DNA of 64,000 nucleotides from Mobula hypostoma (Eukaryota): NCBI RefSeq assembly GCF_963921235.1, contig NC_086097.1, positions 197,100,001 through 197,164,000 on the forward strand, given 5' to 3'. Below, piece by piece: positions 40,801 through 50,490 of the stretch (positions are counted from its first letter, which is position 1; every line of letters begins with the position of its first letter). The notes under the pieces are model-generated. The model saw nothing but the letters and a program-made list of their open reading frames with translations, ran no database searches and was not told where the DNA came from. The translations under genes and the position numbers were made by a program.

Positions 40801-43563
40801 GGAGTTGATTATTGATTCAGGAGGAGGAAATCAGAGGTCCATGATCCAGTGCTTATCAGAGGATCAGAGGTGTTGAGAGTCAGCAACTTTAAAATTCTTC
40901 AGTATTATTATTTCAGAGAACTGTCCTGGACCCATCCCGCAAGTGTAGTTATGAAGAAAGTATGGCAGCACTCTACTTCTTTAGGAGTCTGCAAACATTT
41001 AGAATAACATCCAAAACTTTGACAAACTTCCAAAGACGTGTGATGGAGAGGATATTGACTGGCTGCATCACAGGCTGGTATGGAAACACCAATGTCTTTG
41101 AATGGAAACGCCTACAAAAGGTAGTGAATATGGTCCAGTCCATCACAGCTAAAGCCCTGCGCACCTTTGAGCACATCTACACAAAGCCTTGTTGCAGGAA
41201 TGCAGCATCCATCACCAGGGTCCCCCACCACCCAGGACATGCTCTCTTCTCGCTGCTGCCATCAGGAAGAAGGTACAGGAGCTTCAGGACTCACACCATC
41301 AGCTTCAGGAATAGTTATTACCCCTCAACTATTAGGCTCTTGTACCAAAGGGGATAACTTCACTCAACTTCACTTTATTATTGAAATATTCTCACAACCT
41401 ATGGACTCACTTTCAAGGAGTCTTGATCTCATGTCCTTAATATTTGTTGCTTATTTATTATTTTTTTCTTTTTGTATTTACACAGCTCATGTCTTTTGTA
41501 CACAGGTTGAACACCCAAGTTGGAGTGGTCTTTCATTGATTCGATTATGAATTTATTGAGTAGGCCCACAAGAAAATGAACCTCAGGGTCATATATATAT
41601 ATATATAGAGAGAGTGGTAGCTGTGTGGAACGAGCTTCCAGCAGAAGTGGTTGAGGCAGGTTCAATGTTGTCATTTAAAGTTAAATTGGATAGCTATATG
41701 GACAGGAAAGGAATGGAGGGTTATGGGCTGAGTGCAGGTCATTTTCTTGTGGGCCTACTAGGTAAGAGTAAGAGTTCAGCACGGACTAGAAGGGCTGAGA
41801 TGGCCTGTTTCCATGCTGTAATTGTTATATGGTTATATGGTGACAGCCATGTACTTTGATAATAAATTTACTTTGAACTTTGAAAATCTGACACAAATGG
41901 ATTGCAGTTACAGTCAATGTCAGGGGTCTAAGCTACAGAAAGCTACGTGGAAATTATAGCATTGAAACAGGATCTACACATTTGATGAAGAGCTCAGTGT
42001 TAATATTTAAACTCCATACATCCCTTTTCAATCCATCATACCAGCTTTCCAGCATTTACCTTCTCATAGATTAATTTAGTTTTCTTTTGAAGACTTCTAC
42101 CTGTTTTCTGCAAATAAGCATTCAGTGTTAAGAAGTTCCTCGCTTTAATGAGTATTTTGGTTTGCTTTTATCCTCTGCTATGTTTTAACTGTCATGTAGC
42201 TAAAGCGTCTGGATACTCCCCGCATTAACCCTGTCCATCCAACAATCCTTTACAAGACTAAGTGTTTTGCCTTTTCTAAGTTGGTCGATCAGTACTCACT
42301 AAAGTATTCTCCCAATTCTAGTTCTGTCCATGTAAATCTTTGTTTTAATAAAAAAATCTAGTTTTGCTTTGAGTGAACAGACCTGAACAGTGATTTGTGC
42401 TAGTTTTGAATTCCATACCTGTAATAAAAAACATATTCCAAGGACAATAGTATTTTTTCTTCCTTAGATCTACCATTCTAATTTCAATGATGATCCGCTT
42501 ACTTCTATCCCCCGACACTTTTCAGCTGTTGTCTTTATTCAACTGATTGCTGCAACCCGAGTCTCTTCCTGAACCTTTCTAAATGCAGGCTTGCACTGTG
42601 CTCCAAGTAGAGGATGCTACATACCTCAGATTTCAAAAAGCTATCTGATGGGATTCTCTTCTTTCCTACTAATTATCTGCTAGATATTGGCTACTCACTA
42701 GAAAATCCTCTTAAATAAATAGCTAAGCAACATACACAAAATCCTGGAGGAACTCAGCAAATCAAGCAGTATCTATGGAAAGAAATAAACAGTTGGTGCT
42801 TCAAGCTGAGATTCTTTATTAAAACTGTTCATTATTGTGTTTATGTCCTTCCATAGATGCTGCCTGATTTGCTGAGCTCAAGATTTCTAACATTTGCAGA
42901 ATCTCTTGTGTCTCCAAATAAATAAACAAGACTGCTTTAACACTCCAAACCATTGCAAGATTAACAGCGCTTCGGAAGATCTGAAGCCTCACTTAAAAAT
43001 TAGTTAAACCTATTCTAACCATCGAGAAACGTCTAAAAAATCCATAATTTTTAGTGTAATACTGAGGAAGTATTGCACTCACAAAAACAACCTTTGTGTG
43101 AATAGAGGTTTAAAACTATATATCCTCTCGTTCACATAGTAGCTAATTATACTTTATTAACGAATAAGTGAGCTTTGCTCGTCATTTACCTGATATTCAC
43201 TCGTCAACCTATCACCTAGCGCTCAACAAAGGGTCTCGCCTCGAACCCCACTGCCCCTTAAAACAAAGTACAACGAACCTATCTAATCAATAAACACGGA
43301 TCTGACTGGGTCTCGATGCAATTTTGTTTTTAAAAAAACTTCATCGTTCTCACAATGTAAGAGTTATTGAAATTACTGCCGCGTCAGCTGCTTGGGGTCG
43401 GGATAACAACTTCCATCACGGGCCGAGAAATCCCCTTTATCTCCAACGTTCCCCAACCCAATCCCTTCACCGTTCAGCAACAACAATAAACAACACAACA
43501 TTGATGAATTCTTACACTAAACTTCTGTCGCGCCTCGTTAAACTGGAACAGACTGGGCGACAT
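1780..43563 (-). CDS. THOC1: THO complex subunit 1, coding exons 1-12 (3'-partial; continues beyond left edge)
   Basis: Twelve spliced exons translate to MSPSLFQFNEARQKFS-ICAKEALKSKNIKPL...TPFLLLGDVLDCLPLDQC...LLRRLSKSQNTVFCGRIQLFLARLFPLSEKSGLNLQSQFNLENVT...IDYNLYRKFWSLQDFFRNPVQC...FAKFLTSEKLMDLQLNDSNFRRHILLQYLILFQYLKGQVKFK, matching recalled vertebrate THOC1. All introns are GT-AG and phases are consistent. Confidence 0.97.
2168..2258. mobile_element. Miniature fold-back Penelope-terminus insertion
   Basis: Matches the Penelope 3' end at 5990-6050 in reverse; 17-bp perfect inverted repeat ACACATAAAAATTGCTG; TSD AACTGAAGCAGAA/AACTAAAGCAGAA (2155-2167, 2259-2271). Confidence 0.8.
3264..3398 (-). 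CDS. THOC1: THOC1 exon 11 (135 nt)
   Basis: HSDEVLDVFRSYKLDDMQASKKKQEELKPPGEEHVYFAKFLTSEK; AG/GTATT. Confidence 0.96.
4150..6052 (+). mobile_element. Penelope-like retroelement (Neptune-type), 5'-truncated and frameshifted: RT + GIY-YIG endonuclease + 3' terminal region
   Basis: RT motifs DVQSLYTSIP, GVAMGT..GPSYA, YIDD (4548-4559); C..C..C linker (PCKRNKCYTC); GIY-YIG VIYCI...LYIGET.RRL; ends LGSLQ.DGMN; pyrimidine-rich 3' region with a hammerhead motif. Confidence 0.92.
5916..5953 (+). ncRNA. Minimal type I hammerhead ribozyme motif in Penelope terminus
   Basis: UAGUC-CUGAUGA-A-GGGUC UU GGCCC-GAA-ACGU-C-GACUG: intact core, stem I, stem II and palindromic stem III. Confidence 0.85.
6053..6825 (-). 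mobile_element. CR1 LINE RT C-terminal fragment (low divergence)
   Basis: KYADDT.IGG, WQMEFNAEKC, LVRP.LEYCVQFWSP, LERRRLRGDLIE, NFFTQRVV..W. Confidence 0.92.
6826..8070 (-). mobile_element. Decayed CR1 ORF1 (esterase) region with nested Rex1 3' fragment (~7375-7660, minus)
   Basis: VVMGDS.VR motif and similarity to ORF1 at 60411-61346; the nested segment resembles the Rex1 3'UTR at 41570-41885. Confidence 0.7.
9964..10090. mobile_element. Miniature fold-back Penelope-terminus insertion
   Basis: Inverted arms ACACACAAAATGCTG/CAGCATTTTGTGTGT; perfect 14-bp TSD TTGGCCAGCTCCTC (9950-9963, 10091-10104) duplicating host CR1 sequence. Confidence 0.85.
10755..11245 (-). mobile_element. Rex1/Babar LINE 3' fragment nested in CR1
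   Basis: NCISVWYGNC...LQRVVKTA.RIIG..LP...IIKD.SHP.H. Confidence 0.85.
11954..12062 (-). CDS. THOC1: THOC1 exon 10 (109 nt)
   Basis: SVPIDYNLYRKFWSLQDFFRNPVQCYDKMSWKTFLK; AG/GTAAA. Confidence 0.97.
12425..14160 (-). mobile_element. Decayed CR1 LINE 3' half
   Basis: SVVGKLL..ILRDRIYEHL...SQHGF; WQM..N..C.VLH.G; CR1-type 3'UTR. Confidence 0.85.
13009..13335 (+). mobile_element. 5'-truncated CR1 3' end nested in older CR1
   Basis: DRLFPLRVGEVQTGGHELRVKG, nearly identical to the 6053-6200 copy; tail TGTAATTGTTATATGGTTATAT. Confidence 0.9.
14931..15004 (-). CDS. THOC1: THOC1 exon 9 (74 nt)
   Basis: HTEDREDGMEVEEGETGDEEPPTT(C); AG/GTACG; follows a 98-nt intron. Confidence 0.96.
15103..15185 (-). 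CDS. THOC1: THOC1 exon 8 (83 nt)
   Basis: LNLQSQFNLENVTVFNTNEQDSTLGLK; AG/GTGAG. Confidence 0.97.
15690..17830 (+). mobile_element. Decayed CR1 ORF2 with large internal deletions
   Basis: GVAL..K, SLWVEL.N.KG, MGDFN, LNEHFASVFT, VPEDWKIANV.PLFKKG; RT core deleted near 17065. Confidence 0.88.
18085..18132 (+). ncRNA. Degenerate hammerhead-like motif of a second Penelope-like family
   Basis: CCGAUGA-A-GAUGG..UCAUC-AAAAUGUC resembles CUGAUGA-stemII-GAAACGUC with substitutions at two conserved core positions and in stem III. Confidence 0.4.
18407..18444 (-). ncRNA. Hammerhead ribozyme motif (stem III variant)
   Basis: UAGUC-CUGACGA-AGGGUCUCGGCCC-GAAACUUC-GACUG. Confidence 0.7.
19030..19067 (+). 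ncRNA. Hammerhead ribozyme motif (stem III variant)
   Basis: UAGUC-CUGACGA-AGGGUCUCGGCCC-GAAACAUC-GACUG. Confidence 0.7.
19710..19900. mobile_element. Old fold-back Penelope-terminus remnant
   Basis: Similarity to the Penelope 3' end in both orientations, with degenerate hammerheads. Confidence 0.65.
20210..22970 (-). mobile_element. Decayed CR1 LINE (ORF1 esterase + ORF2 fragments)
   Basis: IHVGTND, FLDHW, GLHLN (ORF1); LNWRK.NFDGIR, KENPKSFYRN (ORF2). Confidence 0.88.
23390..23485 (-). CDS. THOC1: THOC1 exon 7 (96 nt)
   Basis: LLRRLSKSQNTVFCGRIQLFLARLFPLSEKS(G); AG/GTACG. Confidence 0.97.
24719..24845 (-). mobile_element. Short Penelope-terminus insertion
   Basis: Reverse complement of the Penelope 3' end; 15-bp TSD TAGAACGCTACCAAT/TAGAATGCTACCAAT (24704-24718, 24846-24860). 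Confidence 0.8.
24871..26015 (-). mobile_element. Non-autonomous hAT (Charlie/Buster-like) transposon
   Basis: TIRs CAGGGGTCTCCAACC / GGTTGGGGACCACTG; perfect 8-bp TSD CACTATAG; hAT dimerisation-domain remnant FWIKVKAKY.EIATKALKTLLPFPTYLC (25687-25887); internal CR1 3' end. Confidence 0.92.
26300..27512 (+). mobile_element. Decayed Rex1/Babar LINE
   Basis: ARLLFIDFS.AFNTI.P, LCNWIL.FLT, TTVVGLI, KTKEMIVDFRK; (ACTTG)n tail. Confidence 0.85.
27838..28158. mobile_element. hAT-type MITE nested in a Rex1 remnant
   Basis: TIR CAATGTTCCCTCT / AGAGGGAACATTG; 8-bp TSD CCCACCAT/CCCACCCT. Confidence 0.85.
29214..29262 (-). CDS. THOC1: THOC1 exon 6 (49 nt)
   Basis: ATFYSAGKNYLLRMCN(D); AG/GTAAG. Confidence 0.96.
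30058..30176 (-). CDS. THOC1: THOC1 exon 5 (119 nt)
   Basis: ICSATTPFLLLGDVLDCLPLDQCDKIFTFVEKNVGTWKS; AG/GTAAG. Confidence 0.97.
30470..31640. mobile_element. Old Penelope element with internal inversion (minus ~30470-30835, plus ~30836-31640)
   Basis: Both parts resemble the GIY-YIG region at 4900-5600 (PCK..KCYTCP, DRVPLVL.YHP); degenerate hammerhead near 31575-31612. Confidence 0.75.
31640..33150 (+). mobile_element. Decayed CR1 3' half
   Basis: RT fragments (LDFSK, L.IWIQN) and CR1 3' end. Confidence 0.8.
33175..36647 (+). mobile_element. Near-complete decayed CR1 LINE (ORF1 C-terminus, ORF2, 3'UTR)
   Basis: VHISTND; CVYFNARSI; GDSDHN; KSPGPD.MYPR; DFSKAFDKVPH; KFADD; tail TTTTCTATGTTTCTA. 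Confidence 0.92.
36957..37023 (-). CDS. THOC1: THOC1 exon 4 (67 nt)
   Basis: LDQGECEDFLSIISLSINGVIE(G); AG/GTAAT boundaries, phase fits both neighbours. Confidence 0.92.
37171..37467 (-). mobile_element. tRNA-derived SINE
   Basis: Head GGCACGTGGCCAAGTGGTTAAGG (A box) ... GAGTTCGAGCCC (B box); 3' hairpin GCGCCCTGGA..TCCAGGCGC; flanking direct repeat (CC)CTAGTAAT at 37161-37170 and 37466-37475. Confidence 0.85.
37743..37820 (+). repeat. Tandem duplication, period 43 nt
   Basis: TTGATATAATCTGGAATGTTTAACCCT at 37743 and 37786. Confidence 0.85.
37815..37965 (+). mobile_element. V-SINE (HE1-like) 3' fragment
   Basis: V-domain TGGGTTTCC..GGTGCTCCAGTTT.CTCCCACA..CCAAAGAC followed by a CR1-like tail and (TAAA)n. 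Confidence 0.65.
38555..38750 (+). mobile_element. Degenerate V-SINE
   Basis: B-box GGTTCGATCC, then TGTGTGGAGTTT and GGGTTTCC..GGGTGCTCCAGTTTCC. Confidence 0.55.
38945..39005 (-). CDS. THOC1: THOC1 exon 3 (61 nt)
   Basis: ETEKKTTLDQAFRGILEEKI; AG/GTAAG boundaries. Confidence 0.95.
39370..39443 (-). CDS. THOC1: THOC1 exon 2 (74 nt)
   Basis: ICAKEALKSKNIKPLIVIFSQLSG(G); AG/GTAAG boundaries. Confidence 0.93.
39722..40100. mobile_element. Rearranged mariner-derived non-autonomous element
   Basis: Three copies of TIR GGGGTGATTGATAAG..GGCCTA.GGTAGAAGGAG; minus-strand transposase tail FYKEGI.ML..RWTKCV. Confidence 0.75.
40530..41885 (+). mobile_element. Decayed Rex1/Babar LINE
   Basis: KFADDTT, ILTGCITGWYGN, LQKVV, HALFSLLPSGRRYRS; tail AATAAATTTACTTTGAACTTTGAA. 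Confidence 0.88.
41608..41838 (+). mobile_element. CR1 3' fragment nested in Rex1 3'UTR
   Basis: Near-identical to 13120-13335 except for a foreign patch of about 20 nt. Confidence 0.88.
42725..42912. mobile_element. Old fold-back Penelope-terminus remnant
   Basis: ACACAAAATCCTGGAGGAACTCAGC ... GATGCTGCCTGATTTGCTGAG ... TGCAGAATCTCTTGTG. Confidence 0.65.
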
Positions 43564-43800
43564 TTTAGCCGGAAGCACCGCGCGATGCTGGCTGGGAAAT
43601 CGGATATCGCTGCAAGAGCGCCCCTCTGCGCCGCTCGGGTCAGCGAGCGAACTACGCAGAGCTGAGCGGCGGAAATTTTGGCCTCAGCATCCAGCAAACT
43701 GTCCCCCAGCGTCTCGTGCAAATTCACCTTATATTATGATGCTCAACACGAAGCAATTTCCAGCCTCCCCAAGCGCGCAGAATGAGATAGAATTACGTAC
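43300..43800 (-). promoter_or_regulatory. CpG-rich promoter/5'UTR region of THOC1
   Basis: Local CpG enrichment around exon 1 in an otherwise CpG-poor window; ETS-like CCGGAAG immediately upstream of the ATG. The TSS cannot be determined. Confidence 0.7.
43516..43563 (-). CDS. THOC1: THOC1 coding exon 1 (48 nt)
   Basis: ATG at 43563; MSPSLFQFNEARQKFS then GTAAG donor. Confidence 0.92.
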
Positions 43801-45935
43801 AGAACCCAATGTAACATAATAACCGAACATGGTGTAGGACTTCAGGCCTGTACGTTACAGTTGGAAACATGGGACAAATACCATCCTAAACCAGTGCGCA
43901 ACATTAAAAGGTTCTTACAGTATGTAAAAAACACAGGAGAGTAATTGATGAACTTTGATTTCCCTGGATTGGTGAATTTGTAACAACTCCGGAAAAGACC
44001 AACACCATTCAGGTCGTTACTGGCCATCTTCTAGCCAAAACATTCCTACCAGAATTGCATTCAACCAAGGCACACTACAAGAAATCATCGTCTTCCAAAC
44101 TTCTAAGATTCTGAGAAGTGAAGCAAGACACGCAGATGCCGGAATCTGGAGCAAATAATAAACTACTTGAAGAACTGAGTGGGTTAAGCAGCATCGAACA
44201 AGAAGCCAATGTTGCTCCTGGATTTAAGAAGGGGAGTAGAGACAAACAAGGAGAACATTAGCCTGTGAGCCTTACATCACTGGTAGCATCAGACTCATAA
44301 AACACTACAGCATAAGACTGGCTCAATTATTTCAAACCCAGCTACTAATCTACCTAGTCCCATCAACCTGGTCCATAGCCCTCCATACACTTCACATCCA
44401 TGTACCTATCCAAATTTCATGTAATTGTTGAAATCAAACCCACATCCACCACTTCTACTTGCAGCTCATTCCACAATGTCATCTCCCTATAAGTGAAGAA
44501 GTTCCCTCTCCTTTCACCCTTAACTCATAAACTCTTGTTCCTGTCTCACCCAAGTTCAGTGGGAAAAGCTTGTATTTACCCTATCTACACCTTTCACAAT
44601 TTTCTAAACCATTTTACAAAATGTCCCTCATTCTCCTACGCTCAAGGGAATAAGGTCCTAACCTATTGAACTTTTAACCAATAACTCAGGTCCTCAAGTC
44701 CTGGCAATTTCCTCAACAATCTTCTCTGCACTCTTTCAATTTCACTGATAGCCTTCTTGTAGGTAAGTGACCAAATTAGGTATTCCAAATTAGGCCTCAC
44801 CAACATCTAATACAACTTCAACAATCATCCCAACTCCTGTAGTCAATATTTTGATTTAAGAAGGCCAATGTGCCAAAAGCTCTCTTTACAACCCTATCTA
44901 CCAGTAACACCACTTTCAATAAATTATGGGCCCATATTCCTTTTTTTCTTCCACACTTATCAGTGCCCTACCATTCACTGTGTAAGACCTACCCTGGTTG
45001 TTGCTACCGAAGTGCAATACCTCATACTTATCTGTATTGAATTCCATTTGCCATTTTCAGCCTATTTTTCCACTTGGTGCAGTTTCTGTTGCAATCTCTG
45101 ATAGTCTTCCTCGCTGTCCATTACACCCCGCAATCTTGGTGTCATCTACAAATTTGCTCATCCAGTTTACTACATTATCATTCAGATCATTGATATAGAT
45201 GACAAACAACAATGAACCCAGCACCAGGCCCTGCAGCACACCACAAGGCACAGGCCTCTAGCCAGAGAGGCAACCATCTACTACCAATCTATGGCTCCTC
45301 CCATGAAGCCAATGTCTAATCCAGTTTACTACCACATCCTGAATGCCAAATGACTGAACCTTTTTGACAGGACTTCCATGTGGGACCTTGCAAAACGTCT
45401 TGCTAAAGTCCATGCAGACAACATCCACTGCATTGCTTTCATCAACCTCTCCGGTAGTTTAGAGTCATAGAAAAGTACTCCATAGAAACAGGCCCTTCAG
45501 TCCATCTCGTCTCTGCTGACCCATCGACTTGCACTAGGACCACAGCCCTCCATACCACTACCATCCATGAACCTATCCAAACTTTTCTTAAATGTTGAAA
45601 TTGAGGTCACATGCACTACTGGTGCAAGCAGCTCATTCTGCACTCTCACAACCCTCAAGAAGAAGTTTCCCCTCAAGTTCCCCTTAAACTTTTCACCTTT
45701 TAGCCTTAATCCATGAACTCTGGTTGTTGTCCCACCCAACCTTAGTGGAAAAAGTCTACTTGGTTTACCCTATCTATACCCCTAATAATTTTGTATACCT
45801 CTATCAAATCTCTTCTCAATCTTCTATGTCCCAAGGAATGAAGTCCTAACCTATTAAATTTTTCCTTGTATATCAGGGCCTCCAGATTTGGCAACATACT
45901 TGTAAATTTTCTCTGTACTCTTTCAACTTTATTTA

Positions 45936-47534
45936 CAAACCCCATTTCCAGAAAAGTTGGGGTTATTTTCCAAAATGCAATAAAAACAAAAATCTGTGAT
46001 ATGTTAATTCATGTGAACCTTTATTTAACTGACAAAAGTACAAAGAAAAGATTTTCAATAGTTTTACTGACCAACTTAATTGTACTTTGTAAATATACAC
46101 AAATTTAGAATTTGATGGCTGCAACACACTCAACAAAAGTTGGGACAGAGTTAAAATAAGATTGTAAAGTGCACAGAATATTCAAGTAACACCGGTTTGG
46201 AAGACTCCACATTAAGCAGGCTAATTGGTAGCAGGTGAGGTATCATGACTGGGTATAAAAGGAGCGTCCATCAAAGGCTCAGTCTTTGCAAGCAAGGATG
46301 GGTTGTGGCTCACCCCTTTGTGCCAAAATTTGTGAGAGAATTGTTAGTCAGTTCAAAAGGAACATTTCTCAACGCAAGATTGCAGAGAATTTCGGTCTTT
46401 CAACATCTACAGTACATAATATTGTGAAAAGATTCAGAGAATTCAGAGACATCTGGTCAAGGGCAAGGTCGGAAACCACTGTTGAATGCACGTGATCTTT
46501 GAGCCCTCAGGCGGCACTGCCTAAGAAACTGTCATGCTACTGTGACAATTATAGCCACCTGGGCTCGGGAGTACTTGGGAAAACCATTGTCACTCAACAC
46601 AGTCCGTCGCTGCATCCAGAAATGCAACTTGAAACTGTATTACGCAAGGAGGAAGCATACATCAACTCTAAGCAGAAACGCCGGCGAGTTCTCTGGGCCC
46701 GAACTCATCTCCGATGGACCGAAAGACCGTGGAACCATATGCTGTGGTCAGATGAGTCCACATTTCAGCTAGTTTTTGGAAAAAATGGGCGTCGAGTTCT
46801 CCGTGCCAAAGATGAAAACGACCATCCAGATTGTTATCAGCAAAAGGTGCAAAAGCCAGCATGTGTGATGGTATGGGGGTGCATCAGTGCCCACAGCATG
46901 GGTGAGTTGCATGTATGTGAAGGTACCATTGACTCTGAGGCGTATATTACGATTTTAGAGAGACATATATTGCCATCAAGGCGACGTCTCTTCCCGGGAT
47001 GTTCATGCTTATTTCAGCAGGACAATGCCAGACCACATTCTGCACGGGCTACAACAGCGTGGTTTTGTAGACACAGAGTGTGTGTGCTTGACTGGTCTGC
47101 TGCCAGTCCAGATCTATCTCCTATTGAAAATGTATGGCACATCATGAAGAGGAGAATCAGACAATGGAGACCACAGACTGTTGAGCAGCTGAAGTCTTAT
47201 ATCAAGCAAGAATGAACAAAATTTCCAATTGCAAATCTACTACAATTAGTATCCTCAGTTCCAAAATGATTTAAAAGTGTTATTAAAAGGAAAGGTGATG
47301 TAACACAATAGTAAACATGACTCCGTCCCAACTTTTGTTGAGTGTGTTGCAGCCATCAAATTCTAAATTTGTGTATGTTTACAAAATACAATTAAGTTGG
47401 TCAGTAAAACTATTGAAAATCTTTTCTTTGTACTTTTGTCAGTTAAATAAAGGTTCACGTGAATTAACATATCACAGATTTTTGTTTTTATTGCATTTTG
47501 GAAAATATCCCAACTTTTCTGGAAATGGGGTTTG
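45936..47534 (+). mobile_element. Complete Tc1-family (IR/DR, DD34E) DNA transposon with inactivated transposase
   Basis: TA TSD on both sides; ~210-bp TIRs starting CAAACCCCATTTCCAGAAAAGTTGGG with an internal AAAAGTTGGG direct repeat; 1599 bp; host CR1 resumes across it. Confidence 0.96.
46298..47313 (+). pseudogene. Tc1 transposase pseudogene
   Basis: HTH (SQRKIAENFGLSTSTVHNIVKRF), LWSDES, MVWGCIS, FQQDNARPH, SPDLSPIENVW; 34 residues between the second D and E; frameshifts near 46455 and 46655 and a stop at 47213. Confidence 0.93.
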
Positions 47535-50369
47535 TACATTAGATGACCAAAACTGCACACGATACTCCAAATTAACCCTCACCAATGTCTAATACAACTT
47601 CAACATAACCATAAGACCACAAGACCATAAAATATAGGAGCAAAATTAAGGTTCATCAAGTCTGCTCTGCCATTTCATCATGGCTGATCCAATTTTCCCT
47701 CTCAGTCCCAATCTCCTGCATTCTCCCCATATCCCTTCATCTCCTGACTAATCAAGGATCTGTCAACCATTGCCTTAAATATCCCCAGTGATGGCTTCCA
47801 CAGGCATCTATGCCAACAAATTCCACAGACTCACCACTCTCTGGCTAAAGAAATTCTTCATCAGCTCCTTTCTATTCTGAGGCTGTGTCCTCTGGTCTTA
47901 GATCACCCAGCCATAGGAAGCATCCTCTTCACATCCACTCTGTTGAGGCCTTTCAACATTCAATAGGTTTCAATGAGGTCACACCTCATTCTTATGAATT
48001 CCAGTGAGTAGGAGCCAGAGCCATTAAATGCTCCTCATATGTTGAGCCTTTCAATCTCAGAATCATTTTCATGAACCTCCTTTCAACCCTCTGCAATATC
48101 AGCACAACCTTTCTGATATAAAGGAGGACTTTCTTCAGCCAGGGATTGGTGAATCTGAGAAATTCATTGACACAGGTGGCTTTGGTGGCCAAGTCATTGG
48201 GTATATTTAAGGCAGTGGCTGCTAGATTCTTGATTAGTTGGGGCATGAAGTGATATGGGGTGAAGGCAGGAGATTGGGGCTCAGAGGGAAAACATCAGAC
48301 ACGATGAAATGGTGAAGCAGACTCGATGGGCCAAATGGCCTAAATCTGCTCCTACATCTTATGGCCTTATGATCTTTATAAGCGGCCCTAGACTGCTGAC
48401 AATACTGCTGAGGCCTCACCAATGCTTTATAGAGCCTCAACATTACATCCTTGCTTTTATATTCTAGTCCTCTTGAAATGAATTCTAACATTGTATTTGC
48501 CTTCCTCTCCACTGACTCAACCTGCAAATTAACCTCTTAACAACCCTGCATGACTTCCAAGTCCCTTTGCAACTCAGATTTTTGAATTTTCTGTACATTT
48601 GGAAAATAGTCTTTGCTTTTATGTCTTCTGTCAAAGTGCATGACCATACACTTCCTGACACTGTAGTTATTTGCCACTTCTTTGCCCATTGTCTTAATCT
48701 GTCTAAGTCCTTCTGTAGCCTTTCTACTTCCTCAAAACTAACTGCCCCTTCACCCATCTTTGTATTGTGTGCAAACATTGCAACAAAAAGAACAATTCTG
48801 TCATCTAAGTAATTGACATATAACGTAAAAAGAAGCGGTCCCAAAACAGATCCCTATGAAACACCACCAGTCACAGACCGCCAACCAGAAAAGGCTCCCT
48901 TAATTCCTACTCTTTGCTTCCTGCTTTATCCATGCTCGTATCTTTCCTATAATACCATGGGCTCTGAACTTGTTTAGCAGCTCATGTGTGGCACCTTGTC
49001 AAAGGTATTCTAAAAATCCAAGTACACAACATCACTGATTTTCCATTGTCTATCCTGCTTGTTATTCAAAAAATTCTAACAGATTTGTCAGACAAGGTTT
49101 TCCCTTCTGGAAACCATGCTGACGATGGCCTATTTTATCATGTGCCTCCAAGTACTCCGAAACAACATCTTTAACTATCGACTCCAACATCTTCCCAGTC
49201 ACTGAGATCAGATTAACAGGCCTATGTTTTACTTTCTTCTCCCTCTCTCTCTTCTTGAAGAATGGAGTGATATTTGCAATTTTCCATTCCTCCAGAACCA
49301 TGCCAGAATCAACTGACTAATGCCGTCACAAACTCTTCAGCCACCTCTTTCAGAAACCTAGGGTGCATCCTATCTGCTCTAGTTGACTTGTTTACCTTCA
49401 AACCTTTCAGTTTCCCAAGAACCTTCTTCCCAGTAATGACAAGTTTATACACTTCTGCTCCCTGATACACTCGAACTTCTGGCATACTACTAGTGTCTTC
49501 CACAGAGCAGACTGATGCAAAATACTTATTCAGTTCATCTGTCACTTCTTGTTCCCTGTTACTACCTCTCCAGCATAATTTTCTAGTGGTTCGATATCTA
49601 CTCTCACCTCTCTTTTATACCTGATATATTTGAAGAAACTTTGTATTCTCTTTTATATTATTGTCAAGCTCACCTTCATATTCCATATTTTCCTTCTTTA
49701 TTATTTTTTCCAATTACCCTCAGTTTGTTTTTAAAAACTTCCAATCCTCTAACTTCCCACTAATTTTTGTTCCATTATATGCCCTCCTTTGGCTTTTATG
49801 TTGGTTTTGACTTGCCAGCCACAGTTGTGTCATCCTGCCTTTAGTATACCTCTCCTTCGTCTTTGGGATGTATATATTCTGTGCCTTCGGAATTGCTCCC
49901 AGAAATAACAGTCATTGCTACTCTGCTGTCATCCTTGCCTGTGTTCTTTTAGTTTAAACCTTTCTGAATAGCTTTCGTAAACCTGCACACAAAGATATTG
50001 GTCCCACTCAGGTTCAGGTGTAACCTGTCCCTGCTGTGCAGGTCATACCTTCCCCCAAACATATCCCAATGATCCAGAAATCTGAACCCCTGCTCCCTGC
50101 ACCAGTTCCTTGGCCATGCATTCATCTGCCAAATCATCCAATTCTTACCCTCACTGGCACCCGACACGAGCAGCAATCCAGAGATTAATAGCCTGGAGGT
50201 TCTGTTTTTCAGCTTTCTACCCAGCTCCCAAAAATTTCTCTTCAGGGCCTCCTCACCTTTCCTACCAATATATATCAAGATTTCTGGTTGCTCACCCTCC
50301 CCGTTTAGAATGCTGAGGACCTGATCTGAGACATCCTTGATGCTAGTACCTTAGAGGCAACCTACCATC

Positions 50370-50490
50370 TTCTCCCTCTCTAGCCACCAGTTAGTCCTGA
50401 CGAAGGGTCTCGGCCTGAAACGTCGACTGTACCTCTTCCTAGAGATGCTGCCTGGCCTGCAGCATTCACCAGGAACTTTGATGTGTGTTA
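50370..50490 (+). mobile_element. Penelope 3'-terminal fragment
   Basis: Near-identical to 5905-6012. Confidence 0.85.
50392..50429 (+). ncRNA. Minimal hammerhead ribozyme motif
   Basis: UAGUC-CUGACGA-AGGGUCUCGGCCU-GAAACGUC-GACUG, core intact. Confidence 0.8.

Noticed and set aside
41591..41614. (AT)n(AG)n run, and (TC)n near 3000
   Set aside because: Ordinary short microsatellites
43324..43727. ORFs overlapping the THOC1 promoter as a divergent or upstream gene
   Set aside because: No real ATG context or recognisable domain; expected in GC-rich sequence overlapping exon 1
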